Source of the DNA: the human T2T-CHM13v2.0 reference genome, Homo sapiens
Direction: 5' to 3' (one strand)
Assembly (NCBI RefSeq): GCF_009914755.1
Contig: NC_060932.1
Length of the DNA: 64,000 bases
This document shows, one piece after another, positions 14,966-29,874 of the stretch. Numbering within the stretch: position 1 is the first letter of the stretch; every line of letters begins with the position of its first letter. A program made the position numbers and the translations under genes. Below the pieces are notes generated by a model. That model was given only the letters and a program-made list of their open reading frames with translations, was not told the origin of the DNA and did not search any database.

Positions 14966-15396
14966 GTAAAGGTAACCACAGCATCAGCAAAGACAGTGGT
15001 AGCTGCTAGGAACAGAGAGGGGTCAGGATCGGCCGGGCAGAGAGGAAAACAGTGCAGGCCTGAGCTTCCCACCTCCCTCCACCTCCAGCACCCTCCCAAC
15101 CCCAATGTCAAGAGAGGCCTGCAAGGTGCAGCAGGAACCTCTTCCCATGCTGCCCCCAGGGAAGTCTACTCCAATGCGAAGAAGGGGATAGTAGAGGCAA
15201 TGGACGCAACCGCTGCCTGGTAATGCCAAACACTGAGGTGGTCCCTGTGGACAGATGAGCACAGGCTCCTGCCGGTCCAACCCAGAATTGGACAAGTGGC
15301 CACACAGAGACAGTCTAGGGGGCTCTCCTCTAAAATCCAGTCTGAGGTGCTCATTCTTTTATAACTACTTAAATAACAACTAAAAATAAAAAATCT

Positions 15397-15533
15397 GACA
15401 GGTGCAGTGGCTGATGCCTGTCATCCCAGCTACTCAGGAAGCTGAGGCAGGAGGATCAATGGGGCCAGGAGTTTGAGACCAGCCTGGGCCACACAGCTAG
15501 ACCCCTCCTCTCAAAAAAAAAAAAAAAAAAAAA
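15397..15533 (+). mobile_element. FLAM / Alu monomer
   Basis: Single Alu arm followed by poly(A). Confidence 0.9.
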
Positions 15534-16279
15534 CTATTTTATTTTAACCACAACTCTGTGAAATATCTCCCTTTTTCAGAGGAAAACAAATGAAGGTTTT
15601 AAAGAGAAGTTAAGTAACATACCTAAGCCATAGCAGAGGCAAAACCTAGCAAGTCCCATTGGCTCTAGCTCTAAAATACAAAAGGAATTCCTCCCCCCAC
15701 CCCCATCCCACTGCCTCACCTGGCTCCTGCGTCGGCTAAGCCACATTACTATGGTCTGGAGTACATCAAAAGCCAGCGAAGGGGTCTCCTTGCTTCCACT
15801 CCACTGCCCCTGCCCCCCACTATTTGTGTTTATTTCTGCTTCCATGTTTTTTGTCTGTCTGCCTCCACTCAATTACACGCTCCTTGAGAACAAAGACCCT
15901 TAAGTGTTCAGTTCATTCCTGTGGCCCCAGACCTCATAATGGAGCCTGCAGTACTCAATAGCTCTTTTAAACTGACCAACTCCAAAGTCCATTCTGTTTG
16001 CTAACTGTTCCTCTCATGGGGAAGAACAACTTGGGGAAAGCCCTGTTGAGCAATCCTTTGCAAACGGCCAAGTCATACTGGTATCTTAGGACAGTCACCC
16101 ACTCAGCCACTCAAAAGAAAAAAGTTCAGAACAGGAAGTCAGTTTTCAGCATCAACATTTATACAAAAGAGATCCATCTGGGCGAGATGTTAGCTACTCA
16201 CATTTGCTGTCCATGCCTAAGGACAACAGGTGCCATGCCCTGCCAGAAGAGCCCCACTGCTTTCTCACCTACACGGTCA

Positions 16280-16675
<396 letters not shown>

Positions 16676-17564
16676 CTATAGAGAAAGTTATCTCTTCCTG
16701 CCCTTGAAGACAGAAGCAATTAAGAAAAGGAGAGTAATTCTGTTTGTAGAACTGTCTATAGCAGACAAGGAAAAACTTTCATTTTAAACTAATTCCAGAG
16801 AACTGAGACAATCTGACAGCTGGGCACAGCATCTATAGAACCAGATTTCACAAAAAAAGTTGGAGAAGAAGGAAAAGCCAACTCAGCTGAAGCGATATCT
16901 CGACACATTCCAGCATCCTAGAAGATGAGTGCTTACACATATTCACCTGAACCTATGCCTTCCCTGACAGCAAAATGCTCAGGAACCACTTGTGCCTCTC
17001 CAGTGGCTGCTGCCATAATGCTAAGGCCGGCAAGCCTAAGAGTAAGACCCACAGATCCAGTGCTGGGGAATGCAGTTCCCACTTGCATAAACACTGCCCA
17101 CAACCTGACTTCCTTGAAGTCTTGGGCATTGGCACATGCTTCCTCATCTTGCTTGCATTTGGCAGGATCTCTCTTTTTCATCTTTTGTTTTGTGGAAAGA
17201 TGCAAACCCCAAGTAACTGCCCAGTTTGCATCGTTCTAGGCACCGTGCATGGAGGAAAAACTCTGGAAATCACTACAGAGGACCCTTACATGCAAACTGC
17301 AAAATTAAGGTGGCCTTCAAGTGTCAACAGGCTCTACAGGTGATGACAGAACTAATAATCACCACTGCTCCAACACAAGAGCCTATGCAGCCAGGTACTA
17401 GACTTGCACTCTTTCTAATCTTCGTACCAACCATGTGCAAATGGTGTTCATTATGCCTGTTTACAGATGAGAAAAACAAGGCACCAGGAGGCTTAACAGC
17501 CTTCCCAAGGTCCATACACGGAATGGAAGAAGGTTTCAAACTCAGTTCTCCAGACTTCGATGTC

Positions 17565-18314
<750 letters not shown>

Positions 18315-20518
18315 TCCAAATATCTTTTTAAGACTCACTAAATCTTGAGTCTAATAAGGGAATGGGTCAGGCTTGTCATACAGCAGGGCACTGAGCAAGA
18401 AGTCTACTACCATCAGGGTCAAAAACCCAGCATGGCACCTCTGTGACACTCTCCACGTCCATATCAGAAGGCAATTGTAAGCACAGGCTTACATGTTATT
18501 CCTGATCAGAAAGAAAAGTTTGTGGCTGGCACACAACTTTTGGCAAAGACAAGTGTCTCACCTATAAAACATGTTGGCAGCTGCCCACAGGGGCTCCTCC
18601 TTTCTCTGGAGTTTTCATCTCCCTCCCTCACTTCACTTCATCTCAATGTGAACAGTGGCTAAGGTAAACATGGCTCAGGTCTCTTAGGAAGAAAAGTATT
18701 ACATAAGTGCAAAGAAGAATTACTGCCCCAACTTCGGAAGCCTCCCAAACACATTATAAACTCTTCCTTATGCTATTGTAAATATTAAGGTTTGCATTAA
18801 ACATTCAGGAGAGCAGCTCTGGGTATATAATTAGGGAGAGCAAATATTTGTTCAAATAAGCCTCAACGGGACCTCCTCCTTTCAACTAGCTAAAAAAAAA
18901 AAAAAAAAAAAAAAAATGTTCAAGCAGATGGATATAGGATACGAAGGCTTGGCCCAACATCTTCTCCTAGTCCTGATTACTCCACTCCTCAGAGACCCAT
19001 GAATCTTCTTAACAAAGAAGAGTCTTCCAGGCCTCATACATTAGCCAGGCATTTTCTCCCAGGCCTTCCAAGCTTCCAGCTCCCTGCAGGGCCTCAGCTG
19101 ACACTCTTCACAGGCACCTACTTTGCAAGGCCCTTGGTCTCCCGACAAGACAAGCAACACAAGCCAGATAACCACTCAAAGGGAGGCAGTGGAGATGGCT
19201 CTCATTCCCTGCCAGGAGGATCGCCATAACAAGGTGGCTGGAAGAACCTTCCGTGGCATGGGAACAGACAGCTGTAGACCCTGTATCTAAGTCTCTTCTT
19301 CCCGGAATTCTTATTCCACAGTGGTGACAGTGTCAAGCAGAAAAACACCACTTTTCACTACTTTACTGTCATCTTATAAATCTCAATATTTCAGCTTCAC
19401 AGACAGCATCTTAGCTGATTTCACTTCATGTGCAAAAAACTCTTCCTTCCAACCAGAGGGACATATGAGTTCAGAACCCAAATTACATTCATTCTTTGAG
19501 AGGCAGATGTTTTCTGCAGATAACTTGTTGAACAATTTTTAAAAAGAAAGAGAGAGAAAAAGAAAGGGGAGGAGACATTTCTCCATTTTTACATTTCTTT
19601 CTTTTTCCTTCCTTTAGTAACTCATATGATTAAATGAACAGGGAGCTGTGATCTGCTCTATTTCATCTCCTGCTGGCTGATCAAGTTTTAAAAAAAAAGG
19701 AGAAATATGTATGCATTCATACTCACAGCTGCATGGGGATCAACAGATAAAAAAATTACTGATGGAGGAAACACTAGCATTTCTCCAACTATAAGAACTA
19801 AACTTGACACAAGTCTCTGGCCCGGCAGGATACAGCCAGGCCAGCCTGGATATTTATGTACTTGAAAAGTTAACTAAAAATGCAAACACAGTGAAGGATG
19901 AACAGAGTCAAACTATAAATGCAGATTTCAAATTCCACCAAAGTCCAGAAAAGGGATATGTTAATTGCCTATAATATGCCTTAAGTTTATCATCTATTGT
20001 AGCAGGAAGTCTCATTGCTTAAACCAACATTTCCCAAAGCATATTATTACACAGAACAACACCAGAAAGAGAAAAGGGGTTCTGTTCATATCAAATATGT
20101 TTGGCAGTGATACCACAGCCTCATCTGGAGACTCACAATCCATGAGTATAGTTAAGGCTGAGAAAATCTTCTGGAAGGAAACCCGTACAACTGTAATTAA
20201 CCAGGCCTTCCCAAACACCTTTGATTAGGCTATGGAACCTACTAAAAATGTCCTGGTTATCTTGCGGAGAATACTTCAGGAAAATGAGTAAAGAAGCCAA
20301 AGTGACAGGTTTTATGGCCAGCCTAGTGGCCCTTGCTCAAGTCCCCATCCCAGCCCTTAGTTGGCCAATGGCATCCCCAATGGCCAATGGCTTCTTTTCC
20401 TAGATTGTTGTTAGAGGAAAGAGATGACTCAAATTAAGATACTGCTAAAAAGTTACAGAGCTAGCAAAGTTCTTACTCTTCTCTAAGCAAATACCATCTC
20501 TAAAAGCGGATGCTAGAA

Positions 20519-20703
20519 CTGTGCTGCCCAATGACACAGCCACTAGCCACATATGGCTATTTAAATTTAAATTTAATTGAATTTTAAACAGCTCCCCATT
20601 TGCCCAAGCCACATTTCAAGTACTTAATATCTACATGTGGCTAATGCTTACCACGTACATTTAGAATACGTCATCATCATAAGAAGTTCTATTGGGAGGG
20701 CTA
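20519..20703. mobile_element. MER3 hAT-Charlie element
   Basis: ctgtgctgcccaat...gccactagccacatatggctatt; flanks tgctagaa / ctctagaa (degenerate 8-bp TSD). Confidence 0.85.
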
Positions 20704-20783
20704 CTCTAGAAAGACAAACACATCTCAGGTTTAAAAGTAAAGGCAGCAGATTTGGAAAATCTTCATTAAAAGGACTTGGATCA

Positions 20784-21083
<300 letters not shown>

Positions 21084-22409
21084 TCAGGTTTCTGAAGTCC
21101 TATATTTAAAAGAAATGACCAAGCCAAATCCAGCTACATCCCTGGGGCAACAAGCTGTTTTAGTCAATCTAGATCCATGGAGCTAGCAAGTCTAATTTGC
21201 TAGAGAAAATGCTCCTTTTACAGTATCTTGTACATCTGGCAGTGACAGAAATATATCTAACTGTCGGATGCAATCAGATACAGCCAGAGCATTTTTCTAC
21301 CAGTGTAATAAGAACACCCAGCAGACGGTCTGAATCCTAAATCTGAACACCACAGAACATCAGCTATTTGGACGTTAATTTGCAACTGAGTAAATTTAGT
21401 GCAGCATTAATAAATAGTCACAGGTCCAAAAAATGCTATATAGAAGATAGGGACAAATGGCCTAAGATCTGTGTCCAGAGTCACGAAGAAAAACTGAGAG
21501 AGAGTGTTTTTGCCTAACTATGGGTTCTCACCATCAATTCTGCCCTTCCGCCCACTTAAAGATTTCACCCTCATTTTTTTAAGATCTTAAAAATAGATGG
21601 AGCTTTTATTCTGGTCAATCAGCAGAGTTAATGGTTTTCCACACCCCAGCACTTTTTGACATCAGATTCTAACCCACTCTAGCTCAGCAACCCAGCAGGG
21701 GCCAATCAATATTTGTTTTCAATGCAGACCATGTGTTCAGGCATCTTTGTTCCTCTCTGAGAGCCAGATCTTCTTTAGAAAAGCCAGCATGGTATGAGGA
21801 TTCTCTAATCCAATCCAGGATTCCTGCTGATAGGCAACTTGTCTGTAATTCATCAATGATATCCCCTTGGGCTATGGATTTTTCTGGATTGGTGACCTGC
21901 TGGGTATGCGGCTGGTTTTCAATATGCATGGCGTGGGTGGGGACACACACTGAAAATGAAGGACGTGGTTGGCAGGGTAGCTGTACAGTGCTCTTTTCTG
22001 AACAAGCAATGTAGAGTTGAGGCATCCCCAGGAAAAGCTTACCATTTTGCCTCTCTGACTTTGTGTAGGCTTAACTTTTTGCCTAAATGACATCTCTTTC
22101 TCTCTCTCTGGCAAACTCCTTAGTTTACTGCAAATTTAAGATCCAGTTTTCATGTTGCTTCTTCAAAGATGCCCCTATGTGTCTAAGCTAATCATCCATT
22201 CTCTGCTTACCATGTATTATCATGGCATATACCATACAGCTTTGGAGATACCTATACATGCCTTCCCAACCACCTCCTTCACATTTTTATGAGCTTCATT
22301 ATCATCAACTGCCATTCTCTAAGTAACCTGATGCCAAGTAACCAAGTAGGGATTCACTGTCTGCTGAATGAATAATAAATGAACGAATGGACTGGGTACC
22401 TGGAACAAC

Positions 22410-23125
22410 TGTGGCAGATTATTTCCAGATATGATTATAGCAATATTTCTTGTCCTGGTGCTCTCCCAGAACCTTGCCACTTCTCATCAAGAAATGGGGT
22501 CTACTGCCCTTGCCTTTGAATCCAGACAGGATAAATATAATACAGTGGAAGCAAGATTGCTGGCTCCAAGGCTACTTCCCTTGGTTCCTTCTCTTAAGAC
22601 GCTCGCCCTTGGAACCCAGCCACCATATGAGGAGGAACAGCCGACTACAGGAAGCGGCCACAGAAAGGTGTTCCAATGGAGAGAGCCCCAACTAAAGTCT
22701 ACTGTCACCTAGCACCAACTGCTAGATATGGGTGAGCAAGCCTTCAGATCTGTGCTGTCCAATATGGTAGCCACTAGTGGGTATTTATATCTAAATTAAT
22801 TAAATAAAAACTTCAATTCTATAATGGCACTAGTTACATTACAGTTGCCCTATGGCCATGTACGGCTAGTGGCTGCCATATTGGTCAGTACAGATATAGC
22901 ATATTTTCATCACACAGAAAGTTCTACCAGACACAACGCTGCTTCAGATGATTTTAGCCACAGCCTTTGAGCTCTTCAGCAGAGACCCTATACATCGTGG
23001 AACAAAGACAAGTCATCTGTGCACCGTCCTATCTTAATGCTTGGCCCCAGAATCCATCAACTTAATAAATGGCTGTTTATGCCAGTAAATTTTGGAGTAA
23101 TTTGTAATGCAGACTCGGTAACCAG
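22410..23125 (+). mobile_element. Old MaLR LTR (MLT1G/H-like) interrupted by MER3
   Basis: tgtggcagatt...ctcgcccttggaacccagccaccat...tttatgccagtaaattttggagtaatttgtaatgcag...taaccaga. Confidence 0.75.
22750..22941. mobile_element. MER3 hAT-Charlie element
   Basis: ctgtgctgtccaatatggtagccactag...; perfect 8-bp TSD cttcagat at 22742-22749 and 22942-22949. Confidence 0.9.
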
Positions 23126-23697
23126 AAAAATAATCTTTCATATTAGAATTGCTGAGATCCTTTGCAAAACTGCTATTCCTACATTTCTTAAAGCAGGATT
23201 GGAAAGGGGAAAGAGAAAAGTGACAGGCAGAGGACAAACAGAAATTGTTCAAATGGCTCATTGTAACACAATTGAACACTCAATCTCTGTCATTGAACAT
23301 CTTAGCCCATTCTGGGCCAAGCAGCTAACATTTTTATAGGAGAAACAACTAAAATTTCCATCACTATCTCTTGTAGGTACAGGCCAGCAGAGCACTACTT
23401 TAATTCTGGAACACTTCTCTATAATGTTACCCAGCTCTCGCACACAATGAGAGATAAAGTGCAAGATGCCTTGAGTTCCTTCTCCATGTTACACCCACAA
23501 TACCTTTAGCAGTAGCAGTCGTTAAACAGGGAATACCATTTGAGGGAAGTGGCACCCCTCTCAAAATCCTCAATTGCAATGAAGCTCATTAACTAGGGAA
23601 GAGGGAGAGTCTTCTTCTGCATGTCTGGACAATTTAAAGTGGAGATGCTCAAATTGAGGCATTGATTGGCCCTTCCCCGTATGGTATAGTTGTCATA

Positions 23698-23770
23698 CTA
23701 TATATATATATATATACACACTTTATATATATATATACTTTATATATAATATACTTTATATATATATAAT
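23698..23770. repeat. Degenerate (TA)n
   Basis: Read directly. Confidence 0.9.
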
Positions 23771-23954
23771 TTTTTTTAACAAATCGTCATAACACACCAA
23801 AAAGGGGTAATTTTCAATTTTCAGTCTGACCAACTTGGATATGTTGATGGATGTATATTTAGAGTTCTACTCCTACCTACTTTCAGAAAGAATTTATATT
23901 TATTTACAATAAGTACATAAGGTACAATAAACCCCCAAAATCATGAATATAGAC

Positions 23955-24020
23955 CAGGGTTGAGAACCTCTGTCTCTAAGGGGCCAGATTTGGCTGGTGG
24001 TCCATAGTTTACTAATCTTG
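23955..24020. mobile_element. Internally deleted MER58-like element
   Basis: 5' end cagggttgagaac...aaggggccaga joined to 3' end tttggctggtggtccatagtttactaatcttg. Confidence 0.5.
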
Positions 24021-24339
24021 ATATATACCTAGGGATAAGTGGTTAAAGCCACTAACTCAAACAGAAATTGCTTTGAGAAAGAGATCAAGAAAGATAAAAA
24101 CAAACTGGCTAAACCAAAAAATACAATTTCCATTATTCAGTAGAGGTACAGAATAGTAAACAGCCTACTCTGTGCTTGGTCTGAAACATTAGCTCAGATG
24201 AGCTCATTCTGATGATATTTTATAAGTTAATAAGTACTCTGAACCCCCATGGTTTTAATACAAAGCTGTCTTTCATTGGGGCTCACCTCTGCTCCCCAAG
24301 GAACCCCCAAGATGCCTCATCCCCAGTGAATCACCCTGA

Positions 24340-25041
<702 letters not shown>

Positions 25042-26385
25042 TAAAATTCTGCATTTTTTAAGGAGGAATTTGCCTCTTTTGGTAGATTCATGCCTCTGTT
25101 GGCTGATCATGAGGATAAGAAAGCATACATATGAAGGTGTTCTGTGCCCATCACACAAATATAGAAGAGCTGAATACAGGCAAGGCTGCTGGGCACTTGT
25201 TACCGAGGGCTAACTTGTAAAACCCCCAAATGAGTCAGAATGAGTCCATTTTGGTAAAACTGAAAGAGAAAGATTACAGAAGTCAGCACTGCATTCCTAC
25301 TTCAGCTCAATTACTCCCTAACTGAGTAACCTTCCCCAAATTAGTTAACCGTTCTTCACTTGTAAAAGCAAGGTAATACCACTAACACGCCAGAGTTCTG
25401 AGAAGGGAGGGAACATAAGTCATGTATAAACACAAAGCCAGGGATGGAGTAGGCCCGTGATCAATGTTAATTTACTTTCCTTCTTCCTTTCAGAAATTCC
25501 GGAATGAGAGGCTGGCACATAGAAAACTAGGAGTGCCATCATTTATAAAGTTGGTTGTTTTAATTTTTTAATTTAGTGCTTTATAGGATTATTTAGAAAT
25601 AATGCAATGCCTTACTTTAGGGCTGAAAACAACCAGATTCTGCACAAAACATCTCTCACTGCCTAAACCAATAAAAATGTAATCAAATAATGGCCGACTA
25701 ATATGTCAATATTTGATTTAGATTTTAAGAGGGGATGATTCTAGTTAAATTTATGAGACGCTCCACAACTTAACTCCTACACTCCAATCATTATAGAGAC
25801 TAGAATTGCAGAAAGGGCAAATCTTCTAGAAAATGGTCCCAAGCCCTAACTCAGCCACATACTATTTATTACCTTTGTAGATGCACTCGATGTGATGAAG
25901 CAGTATGATCTGAAATATAGCTGTGTTTTAGTTTTAGATATTCTTTTGTACTCCTAGTACCATTCTGATCAGCTCCCACAGAAACATATCCTCTAATATG
26001 CTTAAAATTTCCACTAGAAGGCAAGTGGTCAGAAAAGCACATAAATTTTGAATTTTGTGGGGCTTACACAAATTTAATCCTCAATGCTATTTCAATGCAA
26101 GGAGCTAAAATGAAAGGACTATCTCACTGCAGGGGAGGCAGTGTTAGTTTTTAATCTGTAGGCCTTTCAGCCTGATTTGTATTGTTTTCTTCCTCCTGCC
26201 TCTCCTTCCTCACCTCTTCATTCAATAGTTCACAAAAAAAGTTCTTTTTACACCTAGAAAGAAAGAAAGATTCTTTAAAAACTTAGGAAAATCATTTTAT
26301 TTTTCATAGTCAGAACATAAACCTCAGAGCTGAGCTCAGAACATCTCATAAAGCTAAAAGGAGATTTTTCACTACTTATTTCTGA

Positions 26386-26491
26386 GTGTATATATATATA
26401 TATGTATGTGCGTGTATATATATATATGTGTGTGTGTATATATATATCTGTACTTTATACACACATACACACACACATACACACACACACA
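26386..26491. repeat. Compound (TA)/(TG)/(CA) microsatellite
   Basis: Read directly. Confidence 0.92.
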
Positions 26492-27637
26492 GTTTATTTT
26501 TTCCTGAATACCGCTCCTTTTGGATTCCTTATTCATCCAAGCCCATGCGAGGTAAACTGTTGCTTGCGTTTAATCAAATGTGATCCTGTTCCTCCTTTAT
26601 CCAAAGCTAAGTTATACTTTTCAAAGAAAAGAAAGTAATAAATAGATCTGTGTGTATAAAAGACAGATGGAAGGGAGGGAAGGGCATCAGCATTAGGAAA
26701 CATGAGCCAGTCCATCTCACCTAGACAAAACCTTTGCAGCAAACATGCAGATATCTACAGAGGTTTCAAAATGAACAATCCCTGACTACCTTGACAAAGG
26801 CTGAGTTTAGAAAAATGCATAGCATCATGGGCATGTCTCAAAGCCTTGCAGCCACCCCAAATAAGCTGAAATCCTGACAAACACAAGGGATGCCTAGAGT
26901 TGCAAGCCTTGGTTCCACTTTACACACCTCTCTGTGTAAACGAAAGTTGCCCGAGGTGATCTCTTGTCTTCCTGCCTAAGAGGCAATGTCTTAGCCGTAG
27001 CTAGGAACTGTTTAACTTCTTATTGGTCAATAACATGCCCCAGCAAGCAATAAATACGCCCTGACCTCGCAGCTGCCCTTTAGCACTGCACGCATCATTG
27101 ATCCTGTGGGTCCTTGGGAAACAAGCCAATCTGAATAAAGCTAAGTGGAGGCCAAGTACCATTTCCCAATGTCTTCTTGCAATTCCCTAGTAGCTGTAAC
27201 TAGAAATAGAGCACCTGGCAAATCATCACATCATGGATGTCAGAGTTAGATTATTATCTCCACGAGAGAAAGAAAAGAGCAAGAGAGACTGAGATTCTAT
27301 CTACACAAAGAAAGTGATGTGATCCCTAATGTAGCAAAATCTCCCAGTCTTCACAATTAAAACTGGGGAGCCCAACATATGCTAGACGAGGAGAGCTGAA
27401 AAGATAGATTAAGAGAAAAATAATTCCCCATTGTCCTATACGCTTTCTTCATTCGATAATAAAAATGCACTTCATTCATAAAACACGTACAATAAAATAT
27501 ACGATCAACCCATTCCTGGGAGGTTCCTGACAGGTGAGTAACACAAAGATAGATGAGTATTATTAACTCTTCAGTACCAGTAGAATATCATCTTATTTGG
27601 TGATTTTCTCAATTCTCTACTGTACACTACCCTGTCA

Positions 27638-27938
27638 TTTTTTGTTTGTTTTTGTTTTTTGAGACGGTCTCGCTCTGTCGCTCAGGCTGGAGTGTAATGA
27701 GGTGATCTTGGCTCATTGCAACTTCCACCTCCCAGGTTCAGGCAATTCTCGTGCCTCAGCCTCTCATGCAGCTGGTTACAGGCGTGTGCCACCAGGCCTG
27801 GCTAATTTTTGTATTTTTAGTAGAGACGGGGTTTCGCCATGTTAGCCAGGCTGGTCTTGGACTCCTGACCTCAAGTGATCTGCCTGCCTCAGCTTCCCAA
27901 AGTGCTGGGATTACAGGCATGAGTCACCGCGCCCGGCC
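27638..27938 (-). mobile_element. Alu (AluS-like)
   Basis: Antisense dimer. Confidence 0.96.
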
Positions 27939-28710
27939 TCCATCCATTTTTTTTTTTAATTGAACATGCAGTATCTACTGGTTTATTTTTAGGTAATGTA
28001 CACACTCTGCTTTACTGACATAAAATGTATATTGTGAAATGTACAAAAATAAGAAGAATAAGATTAAGATACATTTTAAAATAATTTTTATCTTATTTAT
28101 TAATTGTAAGAAAAAATGTAGTAAAACCAACATAATAGGTCATGCTTCGTTATTTTTCAACCCAGTCTATATTTTATAAACCAGTGATTCCAAGAACAGG
28201 TTTGAAATTCAGGATTTTTTTTCTCCCAAAACTTGGAATTAATGAGGGTTACAACTACGTAAGAAAGCTAACAAAGCTATGTGAATCCACATAGAAGTGC
28301 ATTTGGGGCTACACTTAGAAAACCATGACCAAGCTTTTAAATCCCATTGGCCAATTTCATAAGAAAAGATTTTATTAAAATTTACTAATGCATCACAGCT
28401 ATCTTAATGTCTATCAGTTGTTCTTGCAAACTTATCAAAAGAAATTAAACCAATGAATTCAAAAACTATTGAGACCCTTGTTGAAAGACTTTTTTAGACA
28501 AAGTAAAATAGTCATTTTTCAATGCTGTTTTAAGCTGAGAAGATAGGAAAGTTTTAATGGTGAATATATACCATTTTTAGCAACAAAAATCTAACAATGG
28601 AAATATTTCCAAATAAATTATTTTCAAAATAATTCTTCCTCAGCATAAACTCCATTTAAAAAAACATATATTTAATATATTAGTTGTTATCTTTACACTA
28701 AGAAGATTTA

Positions 28711-28881
<171 letters not shown>

Positions 28882-28919
28882 TTAATTTCCAACAAGCCCA
28901 AGCCATTAAGAAATGAGAT

Positions 28920-29874
28920 TTACACTGTTGGTGGGAATGTAAACTATTACAATCACTATGGAAAACAGTGTGAATATTTTTCTTTTTTTTTTTTTTTTTT
29001 TTTGAGACAGTCTTGCTCTGTCACCCAGGTTGGAGCGCAGTGGTGCGATCTCAGCTCACTGCAAGCTCCACCTCCCAGATTCACCCCATTCTCCTGCCTG
29101 AGCCTCCTGAGTAGATGGGACTACAGGCACCCACCACCACGCCCCCCTAATTTTTTTGTATTTTTAGTAGAGACGGGGTTTCACCGTGTGAGCCAGGATG
29201 GTCTCGATTTCCTGAACTCGTGATCCACCCGCCTCAGCCTCCCAAAGTGCTGGGATTACAGGCGTGAGCCACTGCACCCGGCCTGGAGATTTCTAAAAGT
29301 AGGACTACTATTTGATCCAGCAATCCCACTCCTAGTATCTACCCAGAGGAAAAGAAGTCGTATGAAAAAGATATTTGCACACACATTTATAGATGCACAA
29401 TTCCCAATTGCAAAAATATGGAACCAGCACAAACGCCCATCAGTCAACGAGTGGATAAAATGTTTTATATGTGTATATATATATATACACACACATATAC
29501 ACACCATGGAATACTAGTCAGCCATAACAAGAAATGAAATAATGGCATTCAAGGAACCTGGATGAAATTGGAGGACATTATTCTAAGTGAAGAAACTCAG
29601 GAATGGAAAACCAAACATCATATGTTCTCACTCATAAGTGGAAGCTAAGCTATGAGGTTGCAACGGCATAAGAATGAGAAAATGGACTTTGGGGACTCAG
29701 AGGAAAGAGTGGGAGAGGGATGAGGAATAAAAGACTACACATTGGGTATAGTTACACTGCTCGGATGACGGGTGCACTGAAATCTCAGAAATCACCACCA
29801 AAGAACTTACTCATGTAACCAAACACCACCTGTTCCCCAAAAACCTATTGAAATAAAAAAAAATTAAAAAAAAA
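28920..29874 (+). mobile_element. L1 3' end (L1MA-like), interrupted by an AluY
   Basis: ctgttggtgggaatgtaaact, gatccagcaatcccact, atgttctcactcataagtgg, catgtaaccaaacaccacctgttccccaaaaacctattgaaataaaa. Confidence 0.92.
28980..29284 (-). mobile_element. AluY-like
   Basis: Y-type motifs 'ctgcaagctcc', 'ccattctcctgcc', 'agccaggatggtctcgat'. Confidence 0.93.

Noticed and set aside
16933-17343. Overlapping 90-122 aa ORFs in unique sequence
   Set aside because: No recognisable domain, no consistent splice-site framing, and ORFs on both strands as expected by chance.
18892-18916. Isolated A25 run as a possible retrocopy tail
   Set aside because: No recognisable upstream SINE or mRNA body and no clear TSD.
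20365-20388. Three clustered CCAAT pentamers
   Set aside because: They arise from a local ccaatgg micro-repeat, are too closely spaced, and have no promoter context.
21684-22114. 113-aa minus-strand ORF and a nearby ATG|GTAAGC donor-like site
   Set aside because: No similarity to any protein I recognise, and no promoter features or partner exon.
26011-26024. CTCF-like CCACTAGAAGGCAA
   Set aside because: Mismatch in the G-rich core; a single imperfect motif is not supportable without ChIP data.
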